Translations under genes and position numbers: made by a program | The notes under the pieces: generated by a model | Told to the model about the DNA's origin: nothing | Seen by the model: only the letters and a program-made list of their open reading frames with translations | Database searches by the model: none | Shown: piece after piece, positions 38,401 through 53,200 of the stretch | How positions within the stretch are numbered: the first letter of the stretch is position 1 | How the letters are laid out: every line of letters starts with the position of its first letter | From: Bugula neritina | Taxonomy: Eukaryota > Animalia > Bryozoa | DNA length: 64,000 nt | Assembly: GCA_964035545.1 (NCBI GenBank) | Contig: OZ037765.1 | Span: forward strand, 1,426,001 to 1,490,000 | Direction of reading: 5' to 3'

Positions 38401-41400
38401 TGTATTTCAAACGGAATGAGAAATAAAATTGAAACTTACTTTGAACATTATGATGAGTTCCATTGACAACTATGGGTGCATAGGCGGGCGTAGTAGTACC
38501 CTGTTTATTGTTAGCAGGAGGAGAGCTAAGGCTACTTTTGGCCAATTCCCTTTGAATATGTAAATCTTTCTCCCTCTCTTGCTGTTGTTTTATCTCTAGG
38601 TCGATGATGCTTTCTTTTCTGGTAAACTTGTTCACAGGGTTGGATTTCTGCTGGCCACCTGACTACAGAGAGAAGATAATTTCAATGGACAAACTCCTAA
38701 AATTATGAATGCATTAGATTTAAACAAAGGATTAAAATATTGTTTACATCCTTTGATTTATAAACATGGTAAAAAGGGAGTATAGTTAAAAAAAGTACTT
38801 TATACATATTTGATGACTTTCTTCTGTTGAACCACAATAAGATAATTTTCTTTTGATTGTCAAATGTTCTTTCAAATTGTATTGACTTTTGAATTTAAGG
38901 TTTATTCAAAATTGAAATATAGTCACACAGTCTGCCAGTCAGCAATTTGACAGCAAAGTCAGCAGAAAATCCTCTATACTTGATTACACATCATCAAGTC
39001 TACATTGGCGTTGTGTTGTACATGAAGCAAGTTTTAGAAAAAAACAGTTTAAAGTCTATAAATTGTTTAGCAAATGTTAGTCAAACATCTTCAACAAGTT
39101 TTACAGCAAATATTTGAATTTGAAGTATAAACAAATAACACTTGAATTCAGGTTTATTTCAGCTAATAGTAGCACGTAGTACTTGCAGCATTGTCTATAT
39201 AAATAGTACACTGGTAGTGTATGAATACTCACAGCGCTTAATAGGCTTTTATCGTGATAAATGATTTTAATGAAAGAAAAGTTTCTTTATTGCAAAATTT
39301 GTCTACACAATAACTAGATTATATAATTTATACTACAATAATATACCTGCGAGCATTAAACTGTTTAACACAGACTAACTAAGACACACTCACCATGTTG
39401 AAGGAACTCAGACTGGTCTATAAACACATAACGCACAGTTGGTGCTGTATGCAGATATTATCAATGTCTCAATCATACAGATTGGGATAGTGATAATACA
39501 GGACAAAATGCTATACTACATTACATCATAGAATATTACTACACTACTCATATTAGACATGCACTGTCTTACATTATCTGATAACCTTGGCATACTAGTG
39601 TAGATTGCTGTCTGATACAGCAGTAGCAGTGCTGCGTGAGTCACCATGATTCTGTTTGTTTAAGATGAGTAACCAATGATGCACAATGATGCACAATGAT
39701 GCCACAGCAGTAGCTATCGAGATTAGTCGGTGTAGTATTGTAACAATTGTTACAAAGATGAGAGCAAATGATCAGCTTGGTAAACTTTGACAAAATTGAG
39801 AAACATATTATAAATGAATATATATATGTAATAAGTTGTAATAAGTAATGCATGAATTAAATGCATTGTACATGCAGTTTTTGCACTGATTCAGCTTCTG
39901 CATTCAATTTTGTCTGTTTGCTTAAAGTTTCAATTGGCATCCCAATTTTCAAAATCCCAAATGAAGGCTCATTGTCAAAATATGAAAAGGTTACATAATT
40001 CAGCATACTACAGAGTTTTATGGCATCAGTAGCAATAAATCTAGCACTATAATGATAGAGATACTGCTACACAAGGTGCTGGCTTTGTACACTGAAAATG
40101 CTTTATAATATTGAGCTGTATGAATGGAAAAAAGCAGAAGAGAATGGCTGAAACTTAGTTGCTCTGACTGCCTGTTATTTTTACTATATAGCCTTAAGAT
40201 CTACAGCTGTTATTACAGTTTAAAGGCTATTTTGATGGTCCCAACCCTTTTGTATCAAGTCACTCAGAGGAAATCTAAAACAAACTCACACTAACATTCT
40301 TAGAGAATTGTTCAGTTTTGGATCCGTTGAGCTTATTGATGTGTTTAGGAAAAACTGGAGTGTATTGTATGGAACCAAGGCTATCATCTCCTCCCAGCTC
40401 TAAAAGATAACCAGTTCATCATATAGATCAGATTGAAATACATGGAGCTAAAGCTACAAATGTAAAGTGTATTCTATCCTAAAATTAACCCTAACCGACT
40501 GTAAGATTATACCTTTACAAACAACCCACTGTATGACAATACTTATAATGCCTACTATATTGTCTGCTGCAGCTACTTGTGAACATATATAATTGGCAGC
40601 ACAAGTTGAAGGCTGCATTCAGTCTTTTCTGTTGCACAAGTATATTTTATATAAATATTTACTTTAATAAATAGTTTGACAGAGAATAGCGATGAATATT
40701 TACTGAATGAGAATATAACTGAGTTAGCTTTCAACTCTTTTCTTTTTCAACTGAAAGTTATAAAGTTCTTTTCTCAACATAACTTTTGGTCTCAAATCCA
40801 GGGTGTATTGACTGCACCTTTGCAGCTGCACATCTAAGCTAATATTACTTTTATCAAGTAATTTAGGTAAACAGATTTCAAAGATATGGGAGATATCAGT
40901 TTGTTGGAACACAGCGATAGATGTATAATTTAGCCACAGTAATGAAAAGAATTTCAGTAGCTTAAGTTCATAAATTTGGTTTGGGGCGCCAGGTCAAATT
41001 CTCAGGGAACATGAGTTATTCTAGGCTACATTTTCTGTCTAGAACATCAATTTCTCCATATCTTACCTATCTTGGTAAACCCTAATAACATATGCATACG
41101 TTATCCAAGTGCAAACTCTCATACCTAAACTAATATTTATAAGGTAGCTCAATACATGTATAGACAGTTTCATAGATTGTGAAGTACACTGCAGTGCCTG
41201 TTGAAAGGATTAGCTGCACGCAGTACAGGCCTGTGGTTGCAGTACTATAATATTGAATAGTTATTAAGTTATAATAGTTCTATTTATTGACTGCATTTAC
41301 TTATAAAGGTTGCAGTTATAATAAACAGCAAGTTTCTTAAAGTAATTATCATAAAAGAGGTTAGGAAATCACTTGATTTAATGGATAAAGCCAAACCCAA

Positions 41401-44400
41401 AAGCACACATTTGGCATATCGCAGTTAGCTAGCCATATTCCTAATATATTTAGTATTAGAAACTGCAAATCAGCAGGCATTGAGTGTGACTATCATGTTT
41501 CTTGCTGATAAATTAAAATATGTCTTTCAAATAACAATTTTATTTCTATTTTTTGAGCCGACTTAGACCAAAACTGATTATATTAAGTAAAATATAATAA
41601 TTTATTAACTATACTCACAACCCAGTAAACATTATTAGTGAAAGTACAACCTCTACAATCATTTTTTATGATTCAGTTATAAAAATATATCATTTAATTA
41701 ATTACAATAAAATCCTTACTAACAAATCTCCTAGTTTGTCTAAACTGAAAGCCTATAACTAACTTGACTTAAAAACCATACAGATAGTTATATTAAGATT
41801 GCCAGGTTCATTGTAAACCTGCTTATCATTTTCAACGTAAATTTCTTGACAACTTATAAATGAATTCATGAGTTTCAGCTACAAAATATTAGTTATAAAG
41901 GCAGGGTGCATCGAGTTAGTCAGCTTATAAGTTGCAACCTTGTGTAAAATAAAAGTCGAATAAATATGTATGAGTTATTAGGATAAATTTTTGGTGTTGA
42001 AATCTGCTAAGATTTGAAACAAATATTATGATTTACTCAAATCTTTAGACAAATATAAACATTGGAAGTAGATACAGCTGCGAAGAGATTTGCAAATTCA
42101 TGCTTTCCAGATGAGAAAAATTTCAAACGACTTTTTCAAAGTGAGCACATGACAAGTTCAGATTTATGATTTCTAACCAGCCATCAATTTGGTGACGTCT
42201 TAAAGATATAGTAACTTATGAGATAATACCTGAGCTACTGTATAAGTTATCTGTAACTGATGAAGAAGGGGAGGGCGCAGATGAAGCTACACTCGATGCT
42301 GTCGAGTGTAAAGTCAGCGATATTTCCTTTGGCAAAAGCTCCGGTGAGCAAAGTCTATTCAATTTGTCAAAATTTATTTCAACTCCAGTTTGAGTGCAAA
42401 TAACAGCATCACTAATCCACTCGGGTTCCGTGGAGAAAGTGTATTCTACTATAGGCGCTGCCGTTTCAACAGACATTGCTGACTTAGAGAGCAGTCTACG
42501 ACTTACAGACATGATGCTGATAGATATACGAGACAGAAGAGGAGCGTGCAGTGAAAGTGGCAGCTACACTTGATGCAGACGTCACAACTTATCAGTGTGT
42601 ATGAATAGTTGACAATTTAAGTAGAGACTGTATGCTTAATGTAAACATTATAAACTAGATATTGATATTCACCCTGTAGCCTGAATACAAAGGCTATATT
42701 ATAGCATTAGCATAGTAACACCGTGCTGTATAAAATACACAGCTACATTGCTGCTACAGCTTTAAAAATAACACAGCAGTGTCAACTACAGTTGCTAAGA
42801 ATTTGAGCGATAAGAAATATTTTAATAACTGAGTTGTACAATAAATATAGTAATAAGAAAGTATGATTATAAGGTTAGTATAAGCTTTGATTAATATCAA
42901 GGTTACCAGACTACAACTTCTATAGCATTATAGTATATTATATATATGACGAGAATATAGGATGTCGTGCACAGCTTAAGCTTTTAATTTGTGAATCTAA
43001 AATTTGGCTATGCATCAGGCAAATAGACACACAAACAGACATGCAGACAGACACACAGACAGACATACAGACATACAGACAGACACACAGACAGACATGC
43101 AAATAAATTGTCATGCTATTATTTGTTAAAAAATAGTGCTATACAGGAACTTGTTATTTTACATCTACCAACATTCATATACACCAACAAGTAAACATTT
43201 AGAAATTAACAGTAAACTCAGTTTATGGCAAGAAAAACTATTAGCACTTGTTAGTGAAACTATTGAAACTGTGGCAGGAGTTATTGTGTTTTGTTTTATA
43301 ACTTATTAAACATGAATTATACTTATGCATTAAATACAATTCTAATTCTTACTTAATAATATTTTAATACTATGGTAATATAATCACACAGGCTAAATGG
43401 AAGACTATGTTATATAATGCTATGCATTAGGTTATAAATATTGCTAATTACAATGTAGCAGCTCATCCTGTCTAATTTCCTGTTTGTTATTATGAATAAA
43501 AAATATAATATTATGCTCTGTATACTACTAAAAGATAAGCATAGCTAGTCTACTACTATAGCATTTAGGTTTATTGTCCACACTAGTCTACCCATGCATC
43601 TCTTACTTGCAAGCACTTGCAAGTACTTGTCCCTAGTCTAGTCAGTGCCACTCTTGGCAGCATATGCACATCAAGTGTTGCCTTAAAGATTATATAACTA
43701 CAGCTAATATTGATCAATCTTGATATTTGTCTAAATGTAAGTATTTTAATTATTCATTTGGTGTTTGCACTACAAATAGAAACACTTAAAATCATGGGCA
43801 CACAACTTCTTTATAAGTAGTTGCTAACAACAATTAACAAGTTGAGCTGTGAAATAAGTTGAATTAGACTGTAAGTTATATTTATCCAATAAATAGCAAG
43901 ACTCTGTCTACGTTCTGGGCAGACAACTCATAATGTAGTTATCTAGTAAGACAAAGAATTTCATAAAGATCAGGTTTTTTGTGCACACAACCTTTGATGA
44001 TGCTATATACGCAATACGCTACTGATTCACACCAGGCAAATAAATGTGTATTGCCTCTGTCTGTTACATGGCTAAAAGGTGCCGGCATTTTGATCAAATT
44101 CTTATCAAAGCTAAAGCTATATTGGCTACAGTTTTCAAAACTGCATTGGTTAATAAAAACTAAGTAAATCATTTACAGCTAAATTTGTAGAATACTTTGA
44201 ATCTTGTTTTACTGCATATTTGTTTCCTATTTATATTTACAGTAAATAAAACAATAATAACTTTAAGTAGAGATCTTGTTTCCTGTTGCTACATGGATGT
44301 TGTTATATAAAATCTGTATACTAATATACCTTTAGCTTTCTGCTCCATCAACTGTTTTGTCAATTTCTTAGCTGAAGATACTACAGTAGCATATATGTCT

Positions 44401-47400
44401 GGGGAGGGGGGAGGCTCATTATACAACTTTTGCATCTCCCTTCTCTTCACCTATAATACAAATTACATTTGTTGGCTATACTGGAAAAGAAAGTATTGTA
44501 GCATTTTTATACATAAATACAAAAACTTAAAAGTATATTTAAGCACAATAATTCAATATAGTGCAATATCAAACAAAATTTTATAATTTAGAACATTGAA
44601 AAACATAAAAAATAACACAGCACAAGAAATAGTATACTGCAATGTGATGCCGTGTATACTAAATTACTAAACACAAGTTGAATAAACATGTTTAAATTAC
44701 ATATATATTTAAACTGCTGCTGAAAAGACCATAAGAATTTATGGCACACTTAAAAAATTGTTTGAAACAGCTTTTACTGAGTGCTTTATTCGCATAGTGT
44801 TTATATGTAAATTCATTGATTCACTATTAACATTTCCCATGATTGCCTTACACTATGCATGCATGGGGAGTCAATAAAATTGTTTTGGAAATTTCATGCC
44901 ACCACTATTACAGCTATTGGCTAGCAGATTACATTTTAGAAATGATATAGTAATAGCTTTATTGTTTAAAATAACAAGCTAACTGTCTCACTCAAAAATC
45001 ACATGATATTATTTTGAATTATTATGGTAATAATAGGACTATAGAGAAGCTGGCACAGCCAAGACAAAACATGCTACACTGTGAAACTTATAGGGACTAG
45101 AAGCAAGACTACAAATATCAACACATAAGCAGCAGAACCGGCAGCTGATGTAATACTCCTGCATGTCAGCAATAGAAATAATAAAATATATTAGCATTAA
45201 CTCCAACACCACATGATGTGCAAAGCAAGTAGCAAGGGATGATAATTACCAAATCAATGAAACACAGCTGAAAAATATACAATATGGTAATTTACTTTAA
45301 AAATGAAATAATTATGAATGACATAACAAAGCCATATGTAAGACCTTCAAATATTTTCTGCTTGCAATATCTACAACAAGTCATAGAGTTTAAGTATAGG
45401 TCCAACCTTCATGACGTTTATGAGTCGTCTACTCTCAACTACTGCATGCTTCACTGCCTCGTTCACACAAACAGCAACTTCCTGTTTAACATCCACTGAG
45501 TCATGCTAAAAAATTAATAAAATCTTTCAAATGCTCCAATAACTTTCCCAAAATTATGCTACATTGTTGGCATAAACTACTGCACAATAAAAATGAATTT
45601 ACAATATTACAAAATAAATACACAGAGATTTGTATTTTGATATCAAATCACTAGATTTTTAGATAGCTACATACAGAAGGTTCTGGAGCAACAGGAAGTG
45701 ACGGTTTCTCAGTCTTCTGAGTTGCAGACGTCATGCTTAATGTTTCATCATTCTGCTAATTATAGAAAATAATTTAAAGAAAAAGTTTAGAATGGGCGAA
45801 CAATTATAGCCTATATTAAACTATCTTTAGTCTAGAGTTTGTAATTTCTAATCTATTTTCAGTGCCGTCATGCAATGAGCTAGCAACAGTGCTCTACTAA
45901 TTTATCGAATACCAGGTAAAAACACATGCATTTAATTTTATAAACTGAAAAGTTAGTAAAATGAGATCGAAAAGTTGGCAATACTTTTATAACATTTTGA
46001 AGATATATGAAGTCACTTTTTTATGACCAACTTTAACAACTCATAACAATATTTTAACTTCAAGTTAGCGCAAGGCATTGAGATACCATGTGATTTCTGC
46101 AATTTATTGTAATAATTGTACTTTACAGATCATAGCTATACTTCTTTTTAATTATATAATGTAGTTGATTTATAGATTAATATCTTTCTAAATATAATAA
46201 TAACCTGCTGACATAAAAGCGCTTCGTTATTTTCAAGCACTTCTGAGAACTCCTGCTTTGAATTATCAACATCACCCAAGTTAAAATTTGCAGCATATGT
46301 CGGGTATTTCTGATAGTAAGGGGTAAACTTAATTGGGCAAATTACAGCATCCGTAACAACTTTGAAGGGGGCGGGACCTAGTCTGGGCCTGCTGAATGCC
46401 AATTGGTTGGTTACATTGTTCCTAGAGTTGTCTTTTCCAGTACTTTTAAGATCTTTATCTATCAATGGGGTCATCACAGTTTCATCGGTGGCAGCCATTG
46501 ATTGGCTATCATCTTCACTACTGACAGGTGTTGTCTCCTGATTGGCCAGAACATTGCTGACGTCTGCAGAAGAGGTAGTTCCATCCAGAGAGTCAAGGTC
46601 AGAGTTGGAGTTGCTTTTTTCTCGACAGGAAAGGCTTCCCCCAGAAAATGAGTCATCACTCATTAGGGAACTTTTATTAGCAATTAGACTGTGATTTATC
46701 AAAGATAGTCTTTCTTCTGAAGAAAGGAATTCTTCTGGGACTGAGGCTAGGCTGTTGAATGAGTATTGTAGGTAGTCAACAGAGTCAGACATGTAGTCTG
46801 GTTCTGTTGACTTTATGGTCACTGAAGGAGGGAAGGTGAAGCAGCTCCCGGTATTCTCTTTCAGTGTCACACGAGGATCTAAGTCTAGGAAAGGCGAAGT
46901 ATGGTGAAAATAATAAACAGTTCAAAAATGAAAGCTAAACTATATAATTTTTCAAAAGAAACACTCAATATCAAAATTGTGTTGGCAAAAAGCAATTTGA
47001 ACAAAAAGCTACAAACAATATATGTGAAAAATGAGTTAGTATGAGTTATCATGCCACTTTTAATTACTAAAAAGAATTTTCTAGAATATTAGGCTACATA
47101 TAATAAGAGTAAGGTGTGAATTATTAGGCTATATAATTAAGTGGGCTGGAAGATATGAATTGATGAGTTCGCAGTGCAACTGAATCTCCATCACTCACCA
47201 AAAGAGCAAGTCTCGACCTCTGGCAGCATATTATCCGGCAGCATATCATCAAAGTTGATCAGCGGACCATAAGTTAGTGATGTATCGGAGGCGCGCGGAG
47301 TAGTGAGTGGAAGAGAGTCAGCAGTATTGTAGTGTGTGTAGGACTCTTCCATCATACTTTTATCTACCTGTGGTTTAGTAGAATATATAATTAATAACTT

Positions 47401-48010
47401 CCAATTATAGATCTGCCATAATACCAATTATTGGGAACACCAAATATATATGTATTTGAACTGTAAAAAATTAGTTTTAAAAATAACAAAATTGTTCTAT
47501 AAATAATAAATTCAATATAGCTTCTGTATCATTTTGCTATATTATGCTTGTAGTATGCAACATTTAATAATAATAAACTATATTATTATTTAAATTTAAT
47601 TATGTTTAAATGCCATAAACTTGTATACAAATTTTAAGTGTAAATCAACATTTTAATTACCCAACTTAAAGATATATTAATTTGAAAGTTTTATATACAT
47701 CACATTTGATAAATAATAATAAAAAGTCTTAAAAATGCTTAAAATCAAAATAAGTGCACAAAAATTATTAAACAGTAGTACCATATTGAATGTACATTTC
47801 AAATTTCTAGATTATTTTGCAAGAGATAATTTTACAAGCAGTTGACTGGCAAGAATAAATTAAGAGTTGCCTCACCTGACTAGTGTTGACGTATATAGTC
47901 AGCGTATCTTGGATGCTGCCATCTGCAATGTTTGTACTTTTTGTGTATTCTGTAGAAGTGGTGACTTCTTGCTTCTGGTGAACAGTAGCTGACTTAGACG
48001 TGTACTCCAT
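35450..48010 (-). CDS. Large low-complexity protein with two AKAP2/MISP (PALM2AKAP2-type) motifs; multiple isoforms
   Basis: Minus-strand exons 48010-47876, 47367-47199, 46884-46205, 45755-45675, ~45505-45407, (~44380-44330?), 40399-40290/40296, 38662-38440, 37247-37160, 36475-36440, 35543-35450. Motifs KESIIDLEIKQQQEREKDL and TESPIERDIRITREREEAL. One middle junction (45407 to 44380) is out of phase and unresolved. Confidence 0.7.
36318..36410. repeat. (CAGA/CACA/CTGA)n compound microsatellite
   Basis: Direct reading. Confidence 0.9.
42230..42512 (-). CDS. Alternative first coding exon of the AKAP2/MISP-like gene (MSVSRRLL...)
   Basis: 98-aa ORF with its own ATG. Its phase-1 donor (TCAG|GTATTA) is compatible with the phase-1 acceptor at 40399. 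Confidence 0.55.
42654..43125 (-). mobile_element. Probable degenerate non-autonomous Helitron-like element carrying (CAGA)n
   Basis: A|CTAG end followed by a decayed GC hairpin-like stretch, with a (CAGA/CACA)n microsatellite near the other end. This layout is typical of invertebrate Helitron-N repeats. Confidence 0.35.
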
Positions 48011-50279
48011 TTTTACTCTGAATATGTAACAGGTATATAATATAGTATTATATGATATAATATATTATATCTTATAGTATTATATGATACAATATATTAT
48101 AATATATAATTTATGATATAATATAATTTAATAGACTAATGCAGTAAAATAGTACTAGACTGCATAAGGTATATAACATAACATAATATAATATAGCATA
48201 AAGCAACATAATAAATTATAATACAATATGTGACATAATATATAATACAATGTGATATAATTTAATATACATGATGAAAATTACAGCAATGCTGCGCAAA
48301 GCAATAAACAAGATTTTGTAATATACATCAAAGTATGATTTTTGTTATAATTGAATGGTACATAATTTAATATAATATAATGTACTGTAGTTTCATAGAA
48401 TATATATGATGAAATTATAAAAAAGGAAATATGATTGTAATAATTATATTTATTTCAATAAGTTTTTACAATTATCCTGCAATTAAGTGTTAGTTGTACA
48501 TGAATTCCTTTTATTTGATGTTATACAAGCAATTTATACAAATTTATTTTGAGAGTTTTTGTTTTCTTCAAGTTTTACACAAAAATTATTTTTAAGAAAG
48601 TGAAAACTCACTTTAAATTTTAGCACTTATCTTAAAGGTAGCACTCTTTAAAACATAATATAATAAATTATAAAACCAGACAATGCAAAATAATTTAACA
48701 TGTAACTTACAAATTAGTCTTCTTTTATTGATCTTCCATTAACTGGTGTCGAAGTGAAAAAATAAAGAGAATTCACAGCTTATAGTCTCAGTGGGGCAGA
48801 GTACACTCAACTAGCAGTAACAAATAAATGAGCAACTGACTAGATGTGCGGAGCTTAAATGTTGGTTAATGTACTCACTTGCATAATTACTTTCCTTATG
48901 AGTAGTGTCTTTCCTTACAGGTTACTGGCTATTATAATAATTATTGTACTCTACAATACATAATCAGGGTACTTGTTCAGTCTGCACTGATGCGGTATTC
49001 ATTAATCTCTTCTTGTTGAATTTTGAGTTTTATTTTACTATTCATATTTACTATTTTAATAATTGTTTTTTTTTGTATTTTTATAAGCAAAACTGTAAAT
49101 AAAGTTTTAAAATATTTATTTTATAGCAACAACCTTTCCGCATGATCATTGAAATATAAAAATAATTCAGTTATTAAAAAGAAATTAACAGCAAATTGAT
49201 CCACAGTTTACATTAAAGAACCAAACTAGACAAAAGAGGGAATGACACACTACATTACATAATACGGAACTTAACTTCGCACTTGCACCAAAGCGCAAGC
49301 CATTACGTATAGTCTAATTTGCATATTCAGACCAAAATTTGGCACTCCCCTTTGTTGGTACAGGAGTTCAGGGCAATTGCATGAGTCATAGTCTAGATAT
49401 GACGAATCTGAGCACGTTACTGCCTGAAATATTACCATAAGTTGACTGATACATTTCCTGTATGTATAAATACTTACCCTTATGGCCTTAACTATACTTA
49501 CTTTGTAGCTAATATAACCCTCGTCCTATAACATTGTGATATTTATAGTAACTAAAACAAAAAAATTTCAAGATGTTGATATATTTATAGCTTCTACGAA
49601 TTATTATAAACAATAGGCCAGCCATTTAAACTCATTATTTATGCGTTTATACTTTTTATTGTTTCTATGGTAACAAAATGTAAACTTAGCTGTATTTGCA
49701 TATTTAGGTTTTTATTTGAAAAGTTTATATTTTATTGGCTATGTTTTCAAAACTTGCATTCTTTCACAAAAGGTATGAGAAGTTGAACAGTGAATCAATG
49801 TATGATAGTGATCTGTCTAATAAATGTGAAAGAGTTACTGGTCATAGGAAAAAATCAAAGTCAACAAGAAAACATAGCTTGTATGTTTAAGCCAAATCAG
49901 CAGAAAGTTATTATTGTATCAAAGTTGAAGCAACATTATAATTGGTTTGTAATTAGTTATGAATAAAGTACATGAGTGTTTGAAATTGCAATAAGCTGAT
50001 ATACTGTGTAATAAGAAAGTTAATAAAATAAAATATATATCCGAGTATCTTCACAGATCAAAGATGAGCAATAAGGAAAGAAACATGTCACAACACTCTT
50101 GACAAACTTACTGCACAAACCATTAATTAGCAAATATGTAGAAAAAACATAAGAAAATATTAAATCGGACAGGATTTAGATATTATAAAAATATGAATAC
50201 GTTAAAAAATTTCTGGGCTTAGAAAATTTTAAAATAGCCATTGCTGACATTACTTAGAGCACAGAACAAAGAAGTCGCA

Positions 50280-53200
50280 TCAAATGCTGATTGAGTTGGG
50301 GATCTCACGAGGGTTAAGGTAGTCATAGGGTCTCTCTCTCCGCTTATTTCTGGCATCAACTGTGGCAGCCACGTCAGCTAGCTCTGCCCTGAACCTACCA
50401 ACAGAAGAAATGCTTTAACTTCTTCTACCAGTACTGAGAGACCAGTTTTATAAGGAACCAATCAGAGAGAACAAGTTTTATAAAGAACCAATCAGAGAGC
50501 TCGAATTTCATAAGGAGCCAATCAGAGAGAACAAGTTTTCTAACGAACCAATCAGGTTATTAGTTATATAGATAGTTATACAAATAAAACTAGGACCCAA
50601 GAAAAGTTAGCATATTTTGGGTAAATTTCTGCTGTTTAAACGTCTGCACAACTTATTAAAACAAATTCAATGAACTAGCTACACTACATACTCATTTAGA
50701 GCGGGTTCTAGCAGAGGTCCATAGGCATATCTCCACATGTAGTCCCCGAGAGAGTTGGTGCCTCTCTCACTCAGAACTTTCAGAATAAAAATGATATCTA
50801 GAGCCTGTCTCTTGGGTGGTAGAGATTTCACAATGTAGTCTTCATCTAGAGGTTCCTAGAAATACCATGACTCAATTTTACTACTCAGTTTAACTTGCTA
50901 ATTGTTATATTACTAACTACTCACTCACTAACTCACTCACTAACTCACTCATTCACTCACTCACTCACTCACTCACTCACTCACTCACTCACTCACTCAC
51001 TCACTCACTCACTCACTCACTCACTCACTCACTCACTCACTCACTCACTCACTCTCTCACTCACTCACTCACTCACTCACTCACTCACTCACTCACTCAC
51101 TCTCTCACTCACCCACTCACTCACTCACTCACTCACTCACTCACTCACTCACTCACTCACTCACTCACTCACTCACTCACTTACCCACTCACTCACACAT
51201 TTAGTGTTATAACTTATGAGTATATCTATAATACAGTATAGATAACATAGTATATCTGCTATGAGATTAGCTCATACACATTCACTGTCACCAAACAGCT
51301 TCTATTTTCTAGTATTTCATTACAACTTGAATATATATTAATTTTACAATAACAAACATAAATAAATAAATAAAATCACCATGCTGTACATGAATAGAGT
51401 TACTATATACCAGAAAGAAAACTGTGAAATCATTATGCAAAGTTAAATGTAAAGGATTTTAGGTAAAATTGGCACTAGTAAAAATGGCACCAGTAAAAAT
51501 GGCACAGGTAATAATGGCACAGGTAATAAAGGGCACAAATAGAAAATTAGGAAAAAAAATGGCACGCTAATGTTAAATTTTCCTAAACCTCAAACTCAAA
51601 CCCTCGACCTTTAAACCCCAACCCCAAACCTAAGCCCCCTCCCAAATACCCAATCCCGCCGCAAACCCTAATATTGAAAATTTTTACCTACTTTGCCATT
51701 TGTGCCCTTATTACCGGTACCATTATTACTTGTGCCATTTTTACCGGACACCATGTAAAGACATAATATTACTATAAAAAGAAAGAGAAGACAAACCTTA
51801 GTTGTTGGCCATTTGGTGTGGTTCATAACAGTAGGGTAGTTAGGAGGAAAACCATAAATGTCGTACTGTCCAAAGTTGAGAGACGCATGGACAGCTGATG
51901 TGATGAAAATGAAAACCGTGAGCACTTCAATGAGATCTTCATTCGTGCTGAACTTGTCCACTATTCCCTAGAAGAGGTCAATGAAAATAAATGACCATCT
52001 CCAAGTAACACAGTTGCATCTGAATAGACAAGTCTTTCTGCTGGAAATAAAACTTCTAATTGTTGCAAGCAACGACACAGACCTTTGAGAAATTTTTTAT
52101 TGATTGTTTGGCAAATGGAAGTATTTCAAAAATTTGATTGTTGGGATAAAAAACACATTAAAGCAATAAAAAAGAAATCAAGCTGCAGCCCCACAGATGA
52201 CTACTACACGCTCTAGTTGCTGTGTCGCAACTCAACTTCCTGTTAGATAATGTGCTAAATTCTTCACAGTGGTAAGATTGCAGGATATGTATCATGCACA
52301 TAGTTTGTGAGTTCTAATTACATGTAGACAGCTACATGGTGATTAGTGAATGAGAAAAGTGAAATAACTGCATCCTTAACGTTAATGAAAAAACTTAGAA
52401 TTGTAAGATATTAGCAAAGCTATCCTCTACAACCTTGATAAAACTACAAAATTTCACAGAATTAAGATTCAGAGTGAAGATTACTTTTATACAGTTGACG
52501 ATACTATTCAACAGTTGGTTTAGAAGTAGATTTGAATGCTATTTTAATTTTTTTTAAATGTTTCACATTTCAACCTTATAAGTCATTTTAAGTGTGATAG
52601 AGTGAGTTGATGAGTTGGGGATTTATTAAGAGGGTGAGTTATTCAACCAGTCAATGAGTATTTAGTGAGTAGATGAATATCTCAACTAAAACTAAAGCTA
52701 TTTGATCATTATCTCTGCTTTAAAACTCAAACAAGAAAATTACTCCTACAAACAAACGTGAAATCAAAAGTTAATAAGTTGTACCTTAAATTCAGCATCT
52801 TTTATCAGAGCTTCTCTCCATGCTTCAATCTCTGTATCTGCAGATAACTTCTGGGGCTGATCTGCAGAAGGAGATAACAGTTATAAGCATAAAAATATTT
52901 TCCTTAAACTCTTGAAGTAATAATTGTTTCATAGAGGAGCATAAGTTTGAAGTGAACAAAATAGGGTGACTTGTAAACAGGACGTTTGCTGAAATCCATC
53001 ACAAAATTCTAGCAAAAAGGTTTTCAAAAAGCTAAAGATATGCATTTTATATAATCCCCCTCTTTAATCGGTTTCTGCTTTATGTAAAATATATTGTATA
53101 GCCCAACATGTGTGACTCAATGGCGCAGTAGGTACAATATGTCACAGCAAGTACAGTGCAAAGAGTAAATTTGGCTCATCAAATCATAGCCAGTGGTACA

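Noticed and set aside
50895-51212. 105-aa (SLTH)n ORF
   Set aside because: Translation of a (TCAC)n microsatellite inside a LOX intron.
50444-51752. Regularly spaced repeats as a CRISPR array
   Set aside because: No unique spacers, no cas genes, eukaryotic intron; these are a minisatellite and a foldback MITE.
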